A DNA stretch of 64,000 bases, taken from the NCBI RefSeq assembly GCF_009914755.1, contig NC_060947.1. One strand, 5' to 3'. Made by a program: the position numbers and the translations under genes. The notes beneath the pieces were generated by a model that searched no databases, was not told the DNA's origin, and saw only the letters and a program-made list of their open reading frames with translations. Position 1 is the first letter of the stretch; every line of letters begins with the position of its first letter. The DNA is from the human T2T-CHM13v2.0 reference genome, Homo sapiens. This document shows, piece after piece, positions 1-14,469 of this stretch.

Positions 1-835
1 AAAAAAATCAACAAAGTGAAGAAACAACCCACAGAATGGTAGAAAATATTTGCAAACTACCCATCTGACAAGGGACTAATAACCAGAATATGCAAGGTAC
101 TAAAATAACTCAATAGCCAAAATATACGCAGTCTGATTAAAATGGTCAAAATACATAATTTTAACATTTATAACATCAGGAGACCAGCATGGCCAATAGA
201 GTAAGATCCTGTCTCAGAATTTAAAAAGAAAAAAAAAAGGAGGAAAGAAAAACAATTGTCTATACTACCTCAAGCAATCTTTTGATTCAAAACAATTCCT
301 ATCAAAATCCCAATGGCATTATTCAAAGGAATACTAAAAATAATCCTAAAATTAATATGGAATCACAAACACCCTGAATAACCAAAGCAATCTTGAGAAA
401 AAGAAAAAAAAAAAGCTTGAGGCATCACACTTCCTGAGTTCAAATTGTATTGCAAAGCTATAATAATTGAAACAACGTGATACTGGCATAAAAACAGACA
501 CATAGACCAGTGGAACAGAAGAGACACTCCAGAAATAAACCCATGCATACACTATCAACTAATCTTTGACAAATGTACCAAGAATACATAAATGGGAAAG
601 AATAGTCTTTTCAATAAATGGTGCTGGGAAAACTAATAATTTCCATGCAAAAGAGTAAAATTGGACCTGTATCTTACATCATACAAAAAAATCAACTAAA
701 AATTGAATAAAAACTTAAATGTCAGACATGAAACCATAAAACTATTTGAAGAAAACATAAAGAGCTGCTTGAAATTGGTCTTGGCAAAAATTTTTTGGAT
801 ATGATGCCAAAAGCACAGGCAACAAAAACAATTTT
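1..835 (+). mobile_element. Old L1 (L1MA/MB-type) ORF2 3'-region fragments, interrupted by a short Alu-monomer remnant at ~176-240
   Basis: Typical L1 ORF2 3' text (CAACCCACAGAATGG..AAAATATTTGCAAAC; ACAGACACATAGACCAGTGGAACAGAA); GAGACCAGCATGGCCAA..CCTGTCTC plus A-tail at 180-240. Confidence 0.8.
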
Positions 836-889
836 TTAAACATTATTTTGTAGTATTCCTTTTCTTTTCCTTTGTTTTTTCTTGTTTTT

Positions 890-1221
890 ATTTATGTATG
901 TATGTGTGTATGTATGTATGTATGTATTTGTTTATTTTTTAAACAGAGTCTGTCTCTGTCACCCAGGCTGGAGTGCAGCGGTGCGATCTCCACTAACTGC
1001 AACCTCTGCCTCCCAGGTTCAAGCGATTCTTCTGCTTTGGCCTCCCAAATAGCTGGGATTACAGCCACCTGCCATCAGGCCGGGCTAATTTTTGTATTTT
1101 TAGTAGAGGCAGGGTTTCACCATGTTGGCCAGGCTGGTCTTGAACTCCTGACCTCAGGTGATCTGCCTGCCTTGGCCTCCGAAAGTGTTGGGATTACAGG
1201 CATGAGCCACCGTGCCCAGCT
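890..1221 (-). mobile_element. AluS element whose A-tail has become a (TATG)n microsatellite
   Basis: Reverse-complement Alu dimer at 941-1221 (CCCAGGCTGGAGTGCAG...GAGCCACCGTGCCCAGC); tatg repeats 890-926; ORF 872..1324 is Alu-derived. Confidence 0.95.
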
Positions 1222-3393
1222 CTATTTTCTAGTTGTCTTATTGTTTTTCTTAACCATTCAACTTTCTATTATTTCAGTATTAAATTACTTTAGAAATGCT
1301 CATGGTTTTCCAGGCAAATTTTAAATATTATTTCTCCTACTTTGAAATTTGAAGAAAAATATATTTTGCATCTGGCTTTATCCTACTTAAAATCTCAACT
1401 TAAAAAGAAGCAAAAAAATGTGATTAAATATTCTATTACTAGATTGAAAATGTTAATTAGATAATGTACTATTATTACATCTATACCTGTTTGCAAAGAT
1501 CGATAAAAACAAATTTGTACCTGGAAAATAGGATGGAACCCTCTTAATTAACTAAACTGATAAGTTCTGGGGCTATGGACCCAATGTAACTTCTGTGACT
1601 TTCAGAAAAGTAAATTTTGAAGAATCATATTAATAAAAAAATTTTTTTTAAAAAAACCTAGAAACCAGTTTCAAAAAAAGTTATACTTTTGTCTTCTGAA
1701 TTAGAATTTTAAAACAGATATAACAAAATCTTTTTTCCCATAGCTGGGATGAATTAATCTATAAGGAAAGCCAGAATGTAATTAGACTATGATGACTGAC
1801 AGTTAAACATACTTAAAGTTAACTTTTATCCCAGTAGTATGTATTTTTTTATCTTCTTTCCTTATATTTGACTCTGCATGTCAAAATATAATATTTTTAT
1901 AAAGACAGATTTTAACAGAAAAATTATACAGGACTATATATTGTACTAATCTTAGCCATCACTTGTACTTGCACAGGAAATACCTTGATAAGTATGAAAA
2001 ATTATAAATTAATGCAGCACTTTGTGACACCACTTAAAATTTAGCAAAGACGTATAAAATGAGATATTTGACTTCTCTAAAACTTGCATTGCATAATAAA
2101 AGCCTATAAAGTGGTGACAAACAACTTTATGGAAAAAATGTTTTCGAAAGTGAAAATAAAATTCAGTTTAAATGTTTACCTATAATTATTCACCATAGAT
2201 CATAAAGTTTTATAAAGGGAGCAGAACTTGAGATGCTTCTTAATTTTACAATTGGAAAAATTTAGGACACAAAATTGTTAGTAGCATGACTAAATGTGAA
2301 TAGCTAATTAGTGCAGAGCCAGAAGTAAGATATTAATAGATGTGAACCTTAGATATAATTAATTAAATACATATTATCACATGTTGCTGAACTGATAGGT
2401 AATAGCCAAGTCCCATGTACTTCTTTTCATTAGTTCTATCAAGGTTGTAACAAATACAATATTGTCTTCTTAGTAAACTATAATGAGATCTTTCTTCAGT
2501 TCAAAACACTTATTATTTTTCTCATGTTGAACAAAAAATGAAAAGCTATTTTGCTAGCAAGAATAATGATACAAAATTATTTTAATTGCACAGTATTAGG
2601 CATTTACAGGTTTATAATAAAGTATATTTGTCAAAGTTATTAGTAATGGTATAGCTGAGGTTTATGATGAAAGATTCTTTTAAAAATAAAGTTTTTCATG
2701 CTTTTATTGCTCTGAAAATAAAGAGATTTGTACCAATTAATAAACACCACTATTGAATAAAGAAAAACATTTATAGGCAAATTGGTGATGATATATTTTT
2801 AATTTTCTATAATGTATTTAAAAGATAATTGGTGTTATTAACCACAAGAGATGACCCTTTTATCATAGTTACAAATACAGATAGTGTCCTTTAATACTGA
2901 AAATAATTCTATATCTTTTAAATACCTGAAAAAAAATGTCATTGGTAGAATGATTTTAAATAAAATTCTTTTAAAAAGCACCCGAAAAAGACATTTAGTC
3001 TTTATACACAATTTTCTTTATATTCTTCATGCCCCTTCTTTAAGGTGCTTCATTTAAGCTTTTCAGTCAGAATGAAGCAGCATATGTTCACAAAGGAGCA
3101 GAAGCACAGAAAATAGCCTGAGTAAAGCAACTCGAAAAACAGATTTAATCTGTTATTGCTTTTTAAATGTGAACTCCTATTTAGTTTTTTATTGCTTCAA
3201 GATTTGTTTATAAAAATCCTCATTAATTAATGGGCTACATCTTTGTTGTCTTAAAGTAAATGATTAAAAATTTAAAAATGTCTGATTAATTTCTACTTAC
3301 AGAGAAAGAACAACAACAAAAAACTTCTCTTAATTTTTATTAAAAAATAGTATAACCCGAAAGAGTTCATTAGAATGTGTTATAAAATACACT

Positions 3394-4348
3394 TGGATTG
3401 CTTTATTATGATTATTATTTTCCTTGGGTCAAGTTTTGCTGTCCTTATAAATCTCAATGATCTTTGTTTCTATCCATATTCTGAATTCTATTTGTCATTC
3501 CAGCCAGTTTAGCCTGGTTAAGAACTCTTGTTAAAGAACTGGTGCAGTCATTTGAAGGACATACAACACTCTGGCCATTTGAGTTATTAGAGTTCTTGCA
3601 TTGGTTCTTTCTCATATCTGTGTGTGGGTGCTCCTTTATCTGCAGTGTTGATTGAGTAAATCAATCGCCTTATTTTCTGAATGTTTTCACTGGTCTCAGG
3701 CTTTGTGCAGGGTCTTTATTTGAAGCTGCCTTCTTGTCTCTGGTTTCAGAGGGGTGGATATTAGTGAGGTATTTTTGGTGTTGAAGCTTTGGGGTATAAT
3801 CTAGAGGTAGTATATAGGCTTATTGGTCATTTGATAGAATGTTTCTTAGCTGTATGGCTACCCTGTATTCTCACAGTTGCAACCATGTTCCCTCTCAATG
3901 CTCTGAAAGTGTCGGTTCTTCTTTCCTTTGATTGCTGGCTGTAGATCCTTACATGGCACTCCTGGACTGCCCATTGCAGCTCTGAGGTAATCTCAATGTT
4001 TATGTTTCTTCCCCCACTTTAGAGGCAGCAGAGGAAGAAATTTTAGCAGTGGTTGTGGTAGAGGGTTGTTAGCCTGTCTCTCAGAGTTTCCACCCCAGAG
4101 AGGTGCAAGTAACCAATTGCTCAGTGTAATTCACCCAGGATGGAGGGTCTGTGCTCTGGGCCCAAGACAGGGATTTCCTGTCTTGTTACTAGCAGTGGGA
4201 TATGTGTGGGACCTGTGGGAGATGGACTAGCCTCTTCTACTTTGGTTGACTGTAGCTTGTTGGAGGTGTTAAAAAAATACTTAGGATCTTTAATACTTCT
4301 TTATTCTGAGAGTGGCAAGGGAAGTTCCACTGCAGAGGCAGTGGCAGA
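3394..4348 (-). mobile_element. Inverted 5' segment (5'UTR and ORF1 start) of an L1PA15/16-like element
   Basis: Reverse complement reads as early ORF1 (GAATTCAGAATATGGATAGAAACAAAGATCATTGAGATT...CCCAAGGAAAATAATAATCATAATAAAGCAATCCA) and continues in register into the + segment at 4349. Confidence 0.75.
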
Positions 4349-5696
4349 GAAGCTAAAGGAAAAAATAGCTGATTAAAAAAAATTCCTAATGGGTCTGACA
4401 GAGCTCAATAACACAATACAAGAATTTCACAATGCTATCACAAGTATTAACAGCAGGATAAACCAAGCTGAGGAAAGAATCTTAGAACTTAAAGACGTGT
4501 TCTCAGAAATAAGACGATCTGATAAAAGTTTAAAAAAGAATAAAAAAGTGAACATAACCTCCAAGAAGTATGGGATTATATAAAAATGCCAAATCTATGA
4601 ATTATTGGCATTCCTGAAAGAGAGGGGGAGAAAGCAAACAACTTGGAAAACATATTTCAGAATATTATCCGTGAACACTTCCCTAACATTGTTAGAGAGG
4701 CCAACTGTCAAATTCAAGAAATGCAGGTAACTCCTGCAAGATTCTACACACGAAGATCATGCCCAAGGCACATAGTCATCATATTTTCTAAGGTTGCTAT
4801 GAAAGAAAAAATGTTAAAGGCAGCCAGAGAGAAAGAGCAGGTCACCTACAAAGGGAACCCTAACAGGCTAACAGCAGACTTCTCAGCTGAAACCCTAATG
4901 CCAGAATAGATTGGGGGCCTATATTCAACATTCTTAAGAAAAAATTCAACCAAGAATTTCATATCCAGTCAAACTAAGCTTCCTAAGTGAAGGAGAAATA
5001 AGAACCTCCCCAGATAAGCAAATGTTGAGGGAATTCATTATCACCAGACCTGCTTAACAAGAGATCTTGAAAAGACCACTAAATATGGAAAGGAAAGACT
5101 GGTACCAGCTAATAAATAGCCACACTTAAACACACAGACCAGTGATACTTTAAAGTAACCATACAAACAAGTCAACATAATAACTAGGTAACATCACAAT
5201 GACGGGATCAAATCCACACATATCAATACTAATCTTAAATGCAAATGGGTTAAATATCCCCACTTAAAAGGCAAAGAGTGGCAAGCTGGTTATAAAAGCA
5301 AGACCCAGTGGTATCCTCAAAAGATCTATCTCACAGGTAATGGCACTCATAGACTCAAAATACAGGGATGGAGAAAAATATACCAAGCAAATATGAAACA
5401 GAAAAAAAACAGAGGTTGCTATTCTAATTTCAGACAAAGCATATTTTAAACCAACAAAGATCAAAAAAGACAAAGAAAGGCATTACATAATGTAAAGTGT
5501 TCAATTCAACAACAAGACTTAACTATTCCAAATATATATACACCCAACATAGGAGCACTCAGATTCATAAAGCAAGTTCTCAGAGACCTACAAAGAGACA
5601 TAGACTCTCACACAATATTACTGAGAGACTTCAACACTTTACTGGCAGTATTAGACAGATCATTGAGGCCAAAAATTAGCAAAGATATTCAGGACC

Positions 5697-6075
5697 TTTA
5701 TTTGTCCTTTCTGGTGCTGCTATGAAGAAATACCTGAGACTGAGTAATTTATAAAGGAAAAAGTTTTAATTGATTCACAGTTTCGCAGGGCTGGGGAGGC
5801 CTCAGGAAACTTATTTACAATTATGGCAGAAGGGGAAGCAAACACGTTCTTCTTCACATGGTGGCAGGAAGGAGAAGAATGAACAAAGTGGGGAAAACCC
5901 CTTATAAACCACTGGATCTCACGAGAATTCACTCATTATCATGAGAACAGCATGGAAAGCCCACCCCATGATCTAATCACATCCCAGGAGGTCCCTCCCC
6001 CAAAACATGGGGATTACAATTCAGATTACAATTTAAGATGAGATTTGGGTTGGTACACGGAGTCAGACCATATCA
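5697..6075 (-). mobile_element. THE1D-like MaLR solo LTR inserted in L1
   Basis: THE1 text (GAAATACCTGAGACTGAGTAATTTATAAAGGAAA...GATGAGATTTGGGT...CCATATCA); perfect 5-bp TSD GGACC at 5692-5696 and 6076-6080. Confidence 0.9.
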
Positions 6076-7385
6076 GGACCTAAACTCAACACTGGAGCAA
6101 ATGGATCTGATAGACCTTTACAGAACTCTTCACTCAAAAACAAAGAATATACATTCTTCTCATCATGACGTGGAATATATGCTAAAATTGATCACATAAT
6201 TGGGCACACAATAATCCTCAACAAATATAAAAGAGCCAAAATCATACAGAACACACTCTCAGAACACAGCACCATAGAAACAAAAGTCAAGATTATAAAA
6301 GTTGCAAATTAAACAGCATGCTCCTGAATGACTTTGGGGTAGATAATGAAATTAAGGCAGAAATCAAGAAGTTATTTGAAAATAATGAGAACAAAGATGC
6401 AACATACCAGAATCTCTGGGACATAGCTAAGGCAGTGTTAAGAAGGAAATTCCTAGCACTGAATGCACACACCAAAAAGTTAGAAAGATCTCAAATTATC
6501 AACCTAACTTTACAACTGAAAGAATTAGAGAAACAAGTACAAATCAACCCCATAGCTAGCAGAAGACAAGAAATAACAAAAATCAGAGCTTAACTGAAGG
6601 AAATTAACACAAAAAAAAAAAAACATTCGAAAGATCAACAAATCCAAGAGTTGGCTACATTGAAAAAAAATTACAAGATAGACTAATAAAGAAGAAAAAA
6701 GATCCGAGTAAACACAATTAGAAATTATAAAGGGAATGTTGCTACTGACAGCACAGAAATAAAAGCAGTCATTAGAAACTATGATAAGCATCTCTATGCA
6801 CACACACTAGAAAACCTAGAAGAGATGAGTAAATTTCTGGACACACACATCCTCCCAGGACTGAGCCAGAAGAAATTGATTCTCTGAACAGACCAATAAT
6901 AACCTCCAAAATTGAATCAATAACAAATAGCTTGCCTACCAACCAAAAAAGCCCAGGATCAGAAGGATTCACAGCCAAACTCTACCAGGTGTACTAAGAA
7001 GAGCTGGTATCATACCTACTGAAACTATTCCAAAAAATTGAGGAGGAAGGACTCCTCCCCAGGTCGTTCTATGAGACTAGCATCATCTAGATACCAAAAA
7101 CAGGCAAAACACACAAAAATGGAAACTTAAGGCCAACATTTTTCTGTGAATATCAATGCAAAAATCCTAAACAAAATACTTGCAAACCAAATCCAGTAGC
7201 ACATCTAAAAGCTAATCTATCATGATCAAGTAGGCTTCATCCCCAGGATTCAAAGTTGATAATTATAATAAACCACAAGATAATCATGTAGTTTATCTCA
7301 ATAGACACAGAAAAGACCTTTGATAAAATTCAACATTCCTTCATATTAAAAATTCTCAATAACCTAGGTATTAAAGGAAAGTACC

Positions 7386-7908
7386 TGTGATGGTTAATAC
7401 TGAGTGTCAACTTGATTGGATTGAAGGATGCAAAGTATTGTTACTGGGTGTGTCTGTGAGGGTTTGCCAAAGGAGATTAATATTGGAGTCAGTGGTCTAA
7501 AGGAGGCAGACCCACCCTTAGTCTTGGTGGGCACCATCTAATGAGCTGCTAGCACAGCTAGGATAAAAGCAGGCAGAGGAACATGGAAAGAGTAGACTGG
7601 CTGAGTCTCCAGTGCTGAATGCTTTCAGCCTTGAACATCAGATTCTAAGTTCTTCAGCTTTTGGACTCTTGGGCTTACACCAGTGCTTTGCCAGGGGATC
7701 TCGGGCCTTTGGCCACAGACTGAAGGTTGCGCTGTCGGCTTCCCTACTTTTGAGGTTTTGGGACTCATACTGTCTTCTTTGCTCCTCAGCTTAAGACAGC
7801 CTATTGTGAGAATTAACCTTGTGACTGTGTGAGTCAATACTCCTTAAACACCCTTTCATATATACATGTATACTGTTAGTCTTGTTCCTCTAGAGAACCC
7901 TAATAGCA
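7386..7908 (+). mobile_element. MLT2A-type (HERV-L) solo LTR inserted in L1 ORF2
   Basis: Starts TGTGATGGTTAATACTGAGTGTCAACTTGATTGGATTGAAGGATGC, ends CTAGAGAACCCTAATAGCA; TACC on both flanks; L1 resumes at TACCTCAAAATA. Confidence 0.92.
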
Positions 7909-9358
7909 TACCTCAAAATAATTAGAGCCATCTATGACAAACCCAAAGCCAACATTATAATGATTGGGAAAAAGCTGGTAGCATTCCCCTTGCAATCCAG
8001 CACAAGACAAAGATGCCCTCTCTCTGCACTTCTATTCAACATAGTATTGGAAGTCCTAGCCAAAGCAAGCAGGTAGGAAAAAAAAAACAAAGTGCATCCG
8101 AATAGGAAGAGAGGAAGCTGAATTATCTCTGTTTGCAGACAACCTAATTTTATATCTAGAAAACCGCACAGTCTTGGGCCAAAAGCTCTTTCAGCTGATA
8201 AACAACTTCAGCAAAGTTGCTGGATACAAATTCAATGTATAAAAATTACTAGCATTTCTATTCACCAACAATAGTGAAACTGAGAGCCAAATCAGAAAGG
8301 CAATCCCATTCACAATTGCCACAAAAAAAAATGCCTACGAATACAGCTAACGAGGAAAATGAATGGCATCTACAATGAGAATTACAAAACACTGTTCAAA
8401 GAAATCAGAGGAGACACAAAACAAATGGAAAAATATCTCATGCTCATGGACAGAAAGAATCAATACCAATAAAATGGCTTTACTGCCCAATGCAATTTAC
8501 ATATTCAGTGCTATTCCTATCAAACTACCAAAGACAATCTTCACAGAACTGGAAAAAACTATTTTAAAATTCATGTGGAACCAAAAAAGAACCCAAATAG
8601 CCAAGGCAATCCTAAGCAAAAGTAGTAAAGCTGGAGGCTTCATGTTACCCAACTTCAGACTATACTACGAGGCTACTGTAACCAAAACAGCATGGTTCTG
8701 GTTCAAAAACAGGCATATAGACCAATGGAACAGAATAAAGAGCTCCAAAATAAGATCACCCTTCTATGACCATCTGATCTTTGACAAAGCTGACAAAAAC
8801 AAGCAATGGGAAAAAGACTCCCTGTTCAGTAAATGGTACTGGGATAACTGGCTAGCTATATGTAGAAGATTAAAGCTAAACCCCTTCCTTACACCATACA
8901 CATAATCAACTCAAGATGGATTAAAGACATAAATGTAAAATTTCAAACTATAAAAACCCTAGGAGACAATCATCGTGGACATAGGAACAGATTTTATGAT
9001 AAAGACACAAAATCAACGGCAACAAAAGCAAAAATTTAGAAGTAGGATCTAATTAAAGTTAAGAGCTTCTGCACAGCAAAAGAAACTATCAACAGAGTAA
9101 ACAGAAAACCTACAGAATGGGAAAAAATATTTGCAAACTGCACATCTGACAAAGGTCTAAGTATAAGGAGTTTAAACAAAATTACAAGAGAAAAACAAGC
9201 CCCATTAAAAAGTGGGCAAAGGATATGAACAGACACTTCTCAAAAGAAGGTAGACATGCAGCCAACAAGTATATGAAAGAAAGTTCAGTATCAATGATCA
9301 TTAGAGAAATGCTATCAAAATGACGAGATACCATTTCACACCAGTCAGAATAGCTACT

Positions 9359-9395
<37 letters not shown>

Positions 9396-11375
9396 GATGC
9401 TGGCAATGTTGTGGAGAAAAGGGAACACTTATACACTGTTGGTGAGAGTGTAAATTGGTTTAACCATTGTGGAAAGCAGTATGGCTATTCCTCAAAGAGC
9501 TAGAAGCAGAACTACTGTTTGACCCAGCAATCCTATTGCTGGGTGTGTACCCAGCAGAATATAAAGCATTCTACCATAAAGCCACATGCATGCATATGTT
9601 CACTGCAGCACAATTAACAATAGCAAAGACATGGAATCATCACACATGCCCATCAATGACACATTGGATAAAGAAAATGTACATATACACGATGGAATAT
9701 TATGCAGCTAAAAGCAAAAAGAATAAGATGATGTCTTTTGTGGGCACATGGATGGAACTGGAGGCTATCATCCTTAGCAAACTAATGCAGGAAGAGGAAA
9801 CTAAACACTGTATGTTCTCACTTATAAGTTGGAGTTAAATGATAAGAACTTATGAGCACAAATAAGGAATCAACAGACACTGGGGTCTACTTGAAGGGGC
9901 AGGGGAAAAGGAGGGTGATGAGCAGAAAAGATAACTGCTAGGTACTGGGCTTAATACCTGGGTGATGAAATAATATTAACAACAAATCTTCTTGACAGGT
10001 GATTATCTGTGTAACAAACCTTCACATGTACTCCCAAACCTAAAATAAAAGTTAGATAAAATAAATAAATAAATACATTTTAAATAGCATCTTATGCAAA
10101 AGCCCTACATTTATTTGAATACAGAGAACAATCTTATATTTTTCAAAAGCTATGTGGTGGTTTAAATATAAATCCTATTTCTTTTATTTATTTTGCATAA
10201 CATAATACGTAACAACTGCTATGTTATTTTGTTTAATAAACACATTAATATTTGTTAGATTTTCAATTTAGTAAATCATTTAACAGTAAATGACTTAAAT
10301 GTAGATGAAAATTAAGCTAAATATGTGTTTTTACTTTGTTTTATTATTGGATGTCCTAGGATTCTACTTACAAGATATAAAATACGACCTCCTCAAAGAT
10401 GACTGTAGTAAGGCTATAAAATACACTAAGCGTACAAAGAATTTTTAATAAGAAGATGACTGTTCCTTATTAGTGCTTTTGCTCTAGCCATGGAACTCAT
10501 CTGCGTAAGTAAAGTCATGTTGTTTATAACAAGGTTTGGTTGTTCCCATAATGTCTGACTAGTCTGCAAGTTCAGAAACTTATAAATAATAATTTCATAG
10601 TGGTGCACTTTTATAGAAACTTTGAATTTGGAATTAGAAACTACATCTAATCCCATTAAATGCCTTGAAATATGGCCTTAAACATTGTTTTAAATATTAG
10701 ACAATATTGGTCTATATTTGGCTTTTATATCATTATGTGAAAATATAGTATCTGTTATATTGGGTTTACCTTTGCAGTTCTGCGGTCTGTCAGATATTTT
10801 TGTACTAAAAGGATATACATTGAAACCAAGTGTTCATTGTGACAAATGTTATATTAATATAATAAAAATTAAATAATATATGAAGAAAGAAAACTAATAC
10901 TTGTTTTGCCAAACTATTGTTTAGACAACTTTGTCACCACATTGTAAAGTTTACAATATGCTTAATATTCCTAAAACATTTATTTAGTTAAAGGTCTCTC
11001 ATAACCTTTCAATGGTTTTCTATTCTCTACAAAGATAAATTTACTATTCTCCACTATCGAGCCTTAATTTGCCCATTTGTACATATCTCTCACTGTGTAG
11101 AGTTATATCACCCCTTGGGATTTTCTGTGTTAAAATAAATTATAAATATTCCCTCTGATTATTTCTGTAAAAGAGTAATTTTCATATTTTGCTCAGTGGA
11201 ACCACAGGCCTCCATGTTTTTGCTGCAAGGATTCATTAAAAAACATAATACTTGCCACCAAACTGTCTAAAAGAATGCTGTTATTGCATTATGTCTCATA
11301 TATCAGGGTTCCACGTTACATTTGTTAAGAGAAAAAAAAGAATCAAATTCTCAATAAAAGTTTGAAAACCAGTAA

Positions 11376-11717
<342 letters not shown>

Positions 11718-12619
11718 GCTATGAAATCTTCTGAATTTGAATAGTTTCGCATAGACAAACTAAATGACTATTTGTGGAGATTTTTAATAAAAGTCTAATA
11801 TTGTTTATCTTTAAATAAATTCATTGCTCTAAATAAACTAAGCCTCTTGGTATCTAATGCATTTTTTCCACTTCTATTTTCTTTCTGTTCTCTCAGTCAC
11901 TTTCACTTTGTTCTTCTAAGTTCTACCATTTAAAATAGGCTAAGAACCTTCTTTTTCATAAAGCTTCAAAGTATCATTCCCTCCAGTCCACAGCAGTTGC
12001 TCAGTCTTGTAAATTCATGGCATCCAATGTTTATCTCATTAACATCTCAGTTGCTTGCAAATCACCTTCTGACTTTTTTGATATTGTTTGGTTATTTCAA
12101 TGATTTTTAACAGTAGTATTTATGTGTTTCTGCCTTGTTATTGTAAACAATATTAATTTCTTTGAAAGCATAAACCATAACAGAGCAAGTTTGCATTCTA
12201 CTCCCTGCCACTGTCTTTTACATAGTTAATCCTCAGTAACTATAGATATGCTTTGATAATTTTAAAAATGTTTTAGTAATATAGTAAAAAAAAGAAACCC
12301 AGTAGGTCGAATATTTTTGGCTTCTATTTTAAATGTATTATGTCAAATTATGGATTAAAATATCAGTATAGTTAATATTAAAAATAGTTCATTATAGTTT
12401 AAATATCTTTTCATGTTCTGTGACAGTAAAACTACATGAATACATGATAGTAGGACATAAAAGCTATCAATATGGGATGAACTAAAGAAAGTGAGTGGCT
12501 GTAACAAAATGGAGATAAATAAATGGTGATATGCTTCAAAAGTGTAAAAACTATGAATAGTTTCAGCTGGGAGATATAGATAACTGTAATGATACGGTCC
12601 CCATTTATACAACATAAAT

Positions 12620-14165
12620 GCTGCCCAAGCAGTAAATTAATGATTTTTCTTGAACCTACTGGGGAAGGACAATTTCAGGGTGAATAATCACCCCCAAATT
12701 CTGGAGAAAGACATCGTCAGTGAAAAATAAGACACGAGCATTTGCTTGCCTGGGGTTTATGTCACTGGGTGCCACAAAAGTTGGTAGGCAGATAGAATAA
12801 TACATTTTAATAAATAGCTAGTGGCTAACTGTGGGCTACTCTGAAAGTATAATGTTCCTAGAGTCTGTGGTTATGAGGAGTTCATAGATTTCTCCAAGAA
12901 CTCAATCAGTCACTCAAAGGAAAAATTGAGAAGAATCCAGAAAGGTTCAATAGAAAAGAAATCATCTTTTCAACAATTACTACTGGGAAAATTAAATATC
13001 TACCTGCAAAAGAATAAAATTGAACCCTACCTCACATCATACATAGCAATTCAATGAAAATAGATCTTAAAGTTAAATATAACAGCTGAAAGTATGAAAT
13101 TCTTGGAAGAGAATATAGGAGAAAACTTTTATGACATTGGGTTAGACAAAGGTTTCTTGAATATGACATCAAAATACATGGAAAAAAACTTAGAAATATT
13201 GGACTTCATTAAAATTAAAACCTCTTGTACAGCAAATTATGACATCATGAAAGTGAAAGACAACTTAAAAAATGGGAGAAAATATCAACAAATTATATAT
13301 TTCATAAGGGATTTGTATTCATAACATGTTAGAAAGAAAGAAAAACTTATGACAATAAAAAAGTCAAATAACTAAATTTAAAAATAGTCAAAGTACTTAA
13401 ACATTATTACAGTGAGGAGGTACAAATGGCCAATGAGGACATGAAAAGATGCTCAGCATCATTGGTCATTAGGACAATGCAAATCAACAGCACAAGATAG
13501 CACTTTACAACCACTAGAATGACTATAGTAAAAAAAGCCAAACAATAACAACTGTTAGCAAGAATGTAGAGAAATAGAAATTCTCATACATTGTTGGTGG
13601 GTGTGTATAATTGTGTAGACACATAAAAAATGCTCAACATCATTTTCATCAGGGCAATGCAAATTAAAACAACAATGAGATACCACTGCACATCTATTAA
13701 AAAGGAGAAAAATCCAAAACTTGACAACACTAAAGGCTGATGAGAAAGCAAAGCAAAACCACTTCATTTGTTGCTCATGGAAATGAAAAAAATAGTTCAG
13801 TCACTTTTTGGAAATTTCTTATAAAGCTATACATAGAGTTGCCATAATATCTAGCAATCCCACTGAAACTGCTTACCAGGTGAACTGAAAACTAATGTTG
13901 ACACAAAAACTTTACTTATAATGTCCAAAAGGTGGAAATAACCAAAATGTAAATGGATAAACAGTGGTGCACTGTATAAAAAATGCTATTCAATAATATA
14001 AAAAATGGGGTACTAATTCAAGCAAATAGCTTTGCTTTTTCCTAAGTGACAGAAGCCAGATCCAAAAGACTAGACATTGCATAATTTTCATAATATAATA
14101 TTATGGCAAAGGAAAAACTATAGTGATGAAACACATGCCAGTTACTGGCAGTGGTTGAAGAAATT
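12620..14165 (+). mobile_element. Old L1M (L1MC/MD/ME-type) fragments
   Basis: ORF 13094..13324 (KFLEENIGENFYDIGLDKGFL) is L1 ORF2 C-terminal; two adjacent copies of the ATGCTCA(G/A)CATCATT...ATGCAAAT region at ~13450 and ~13630. Confidence 0.75.
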
Positions 14166-14169
14166 ATAT

Positions 14170-14445
14170 ATATATCCTTCCTTGCTTTTTCTAGCTTCCA
14201 GTGTTTTCCAGCAAACCTTGGTGTTTATTGGCCAGTGGATGCATCACTCCAATCTCTGCCTTTGTCTTTACATGGCCATCTTTTGCTGTCTGTGTCTCTG
14301 TGTCCCTTATTAAGACATCAGTCATATTGGATTAAGGGCTCATGCTTATGTCCTCACCTTAACTGATACATTTGCAATGACTCTTTTTTTTCCAAATTAG
14401 TATGAATTCTGAGGTACTGAGGTTAAGACTTCAACATATGCATTT
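14170..14445 (-). mobile_element. MLT1 (MaLR) LTR fragment
   Basis: GATGCATCACTCCAATCTCTGCC...CAGTCATATTGGATTAAGGGC...TTCTGAGGTACTGAGGTTAAGACTTCAACATAT is MLT1A-C-like. Confidence 0.75.
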
Positions 14446-14469
14446 GAAAACAAAAAATTAATGTAGAAT

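Larger units (their letters stand above)
4349..10075 (+). mobile_element. L1PA15/16-like LINE-1 body: decayed ORF1, ORF2 and 3'UTR with A-rich tail
   Basis: ORF1 fragments (4389-4909, ENIFQNIIREHFPN), ORF2 fragments (6318-6593, 8363-8905, 9467-9838), 3'UTR AGCAGAAAAGATAACTGCTAGGTACTGGGCTTAATACCTGGGTGATGAAATAAT; (AAT)n insertion at 9361-9393. Confidence 0.93.

Noticed and set aside
872-1324. 150-aa ORF
   Set aside because: Antisense Alu reading frame (LSPRLECSG..); same for 11362-11657, 17237-17572, 19506-19772 and 34558-34830.
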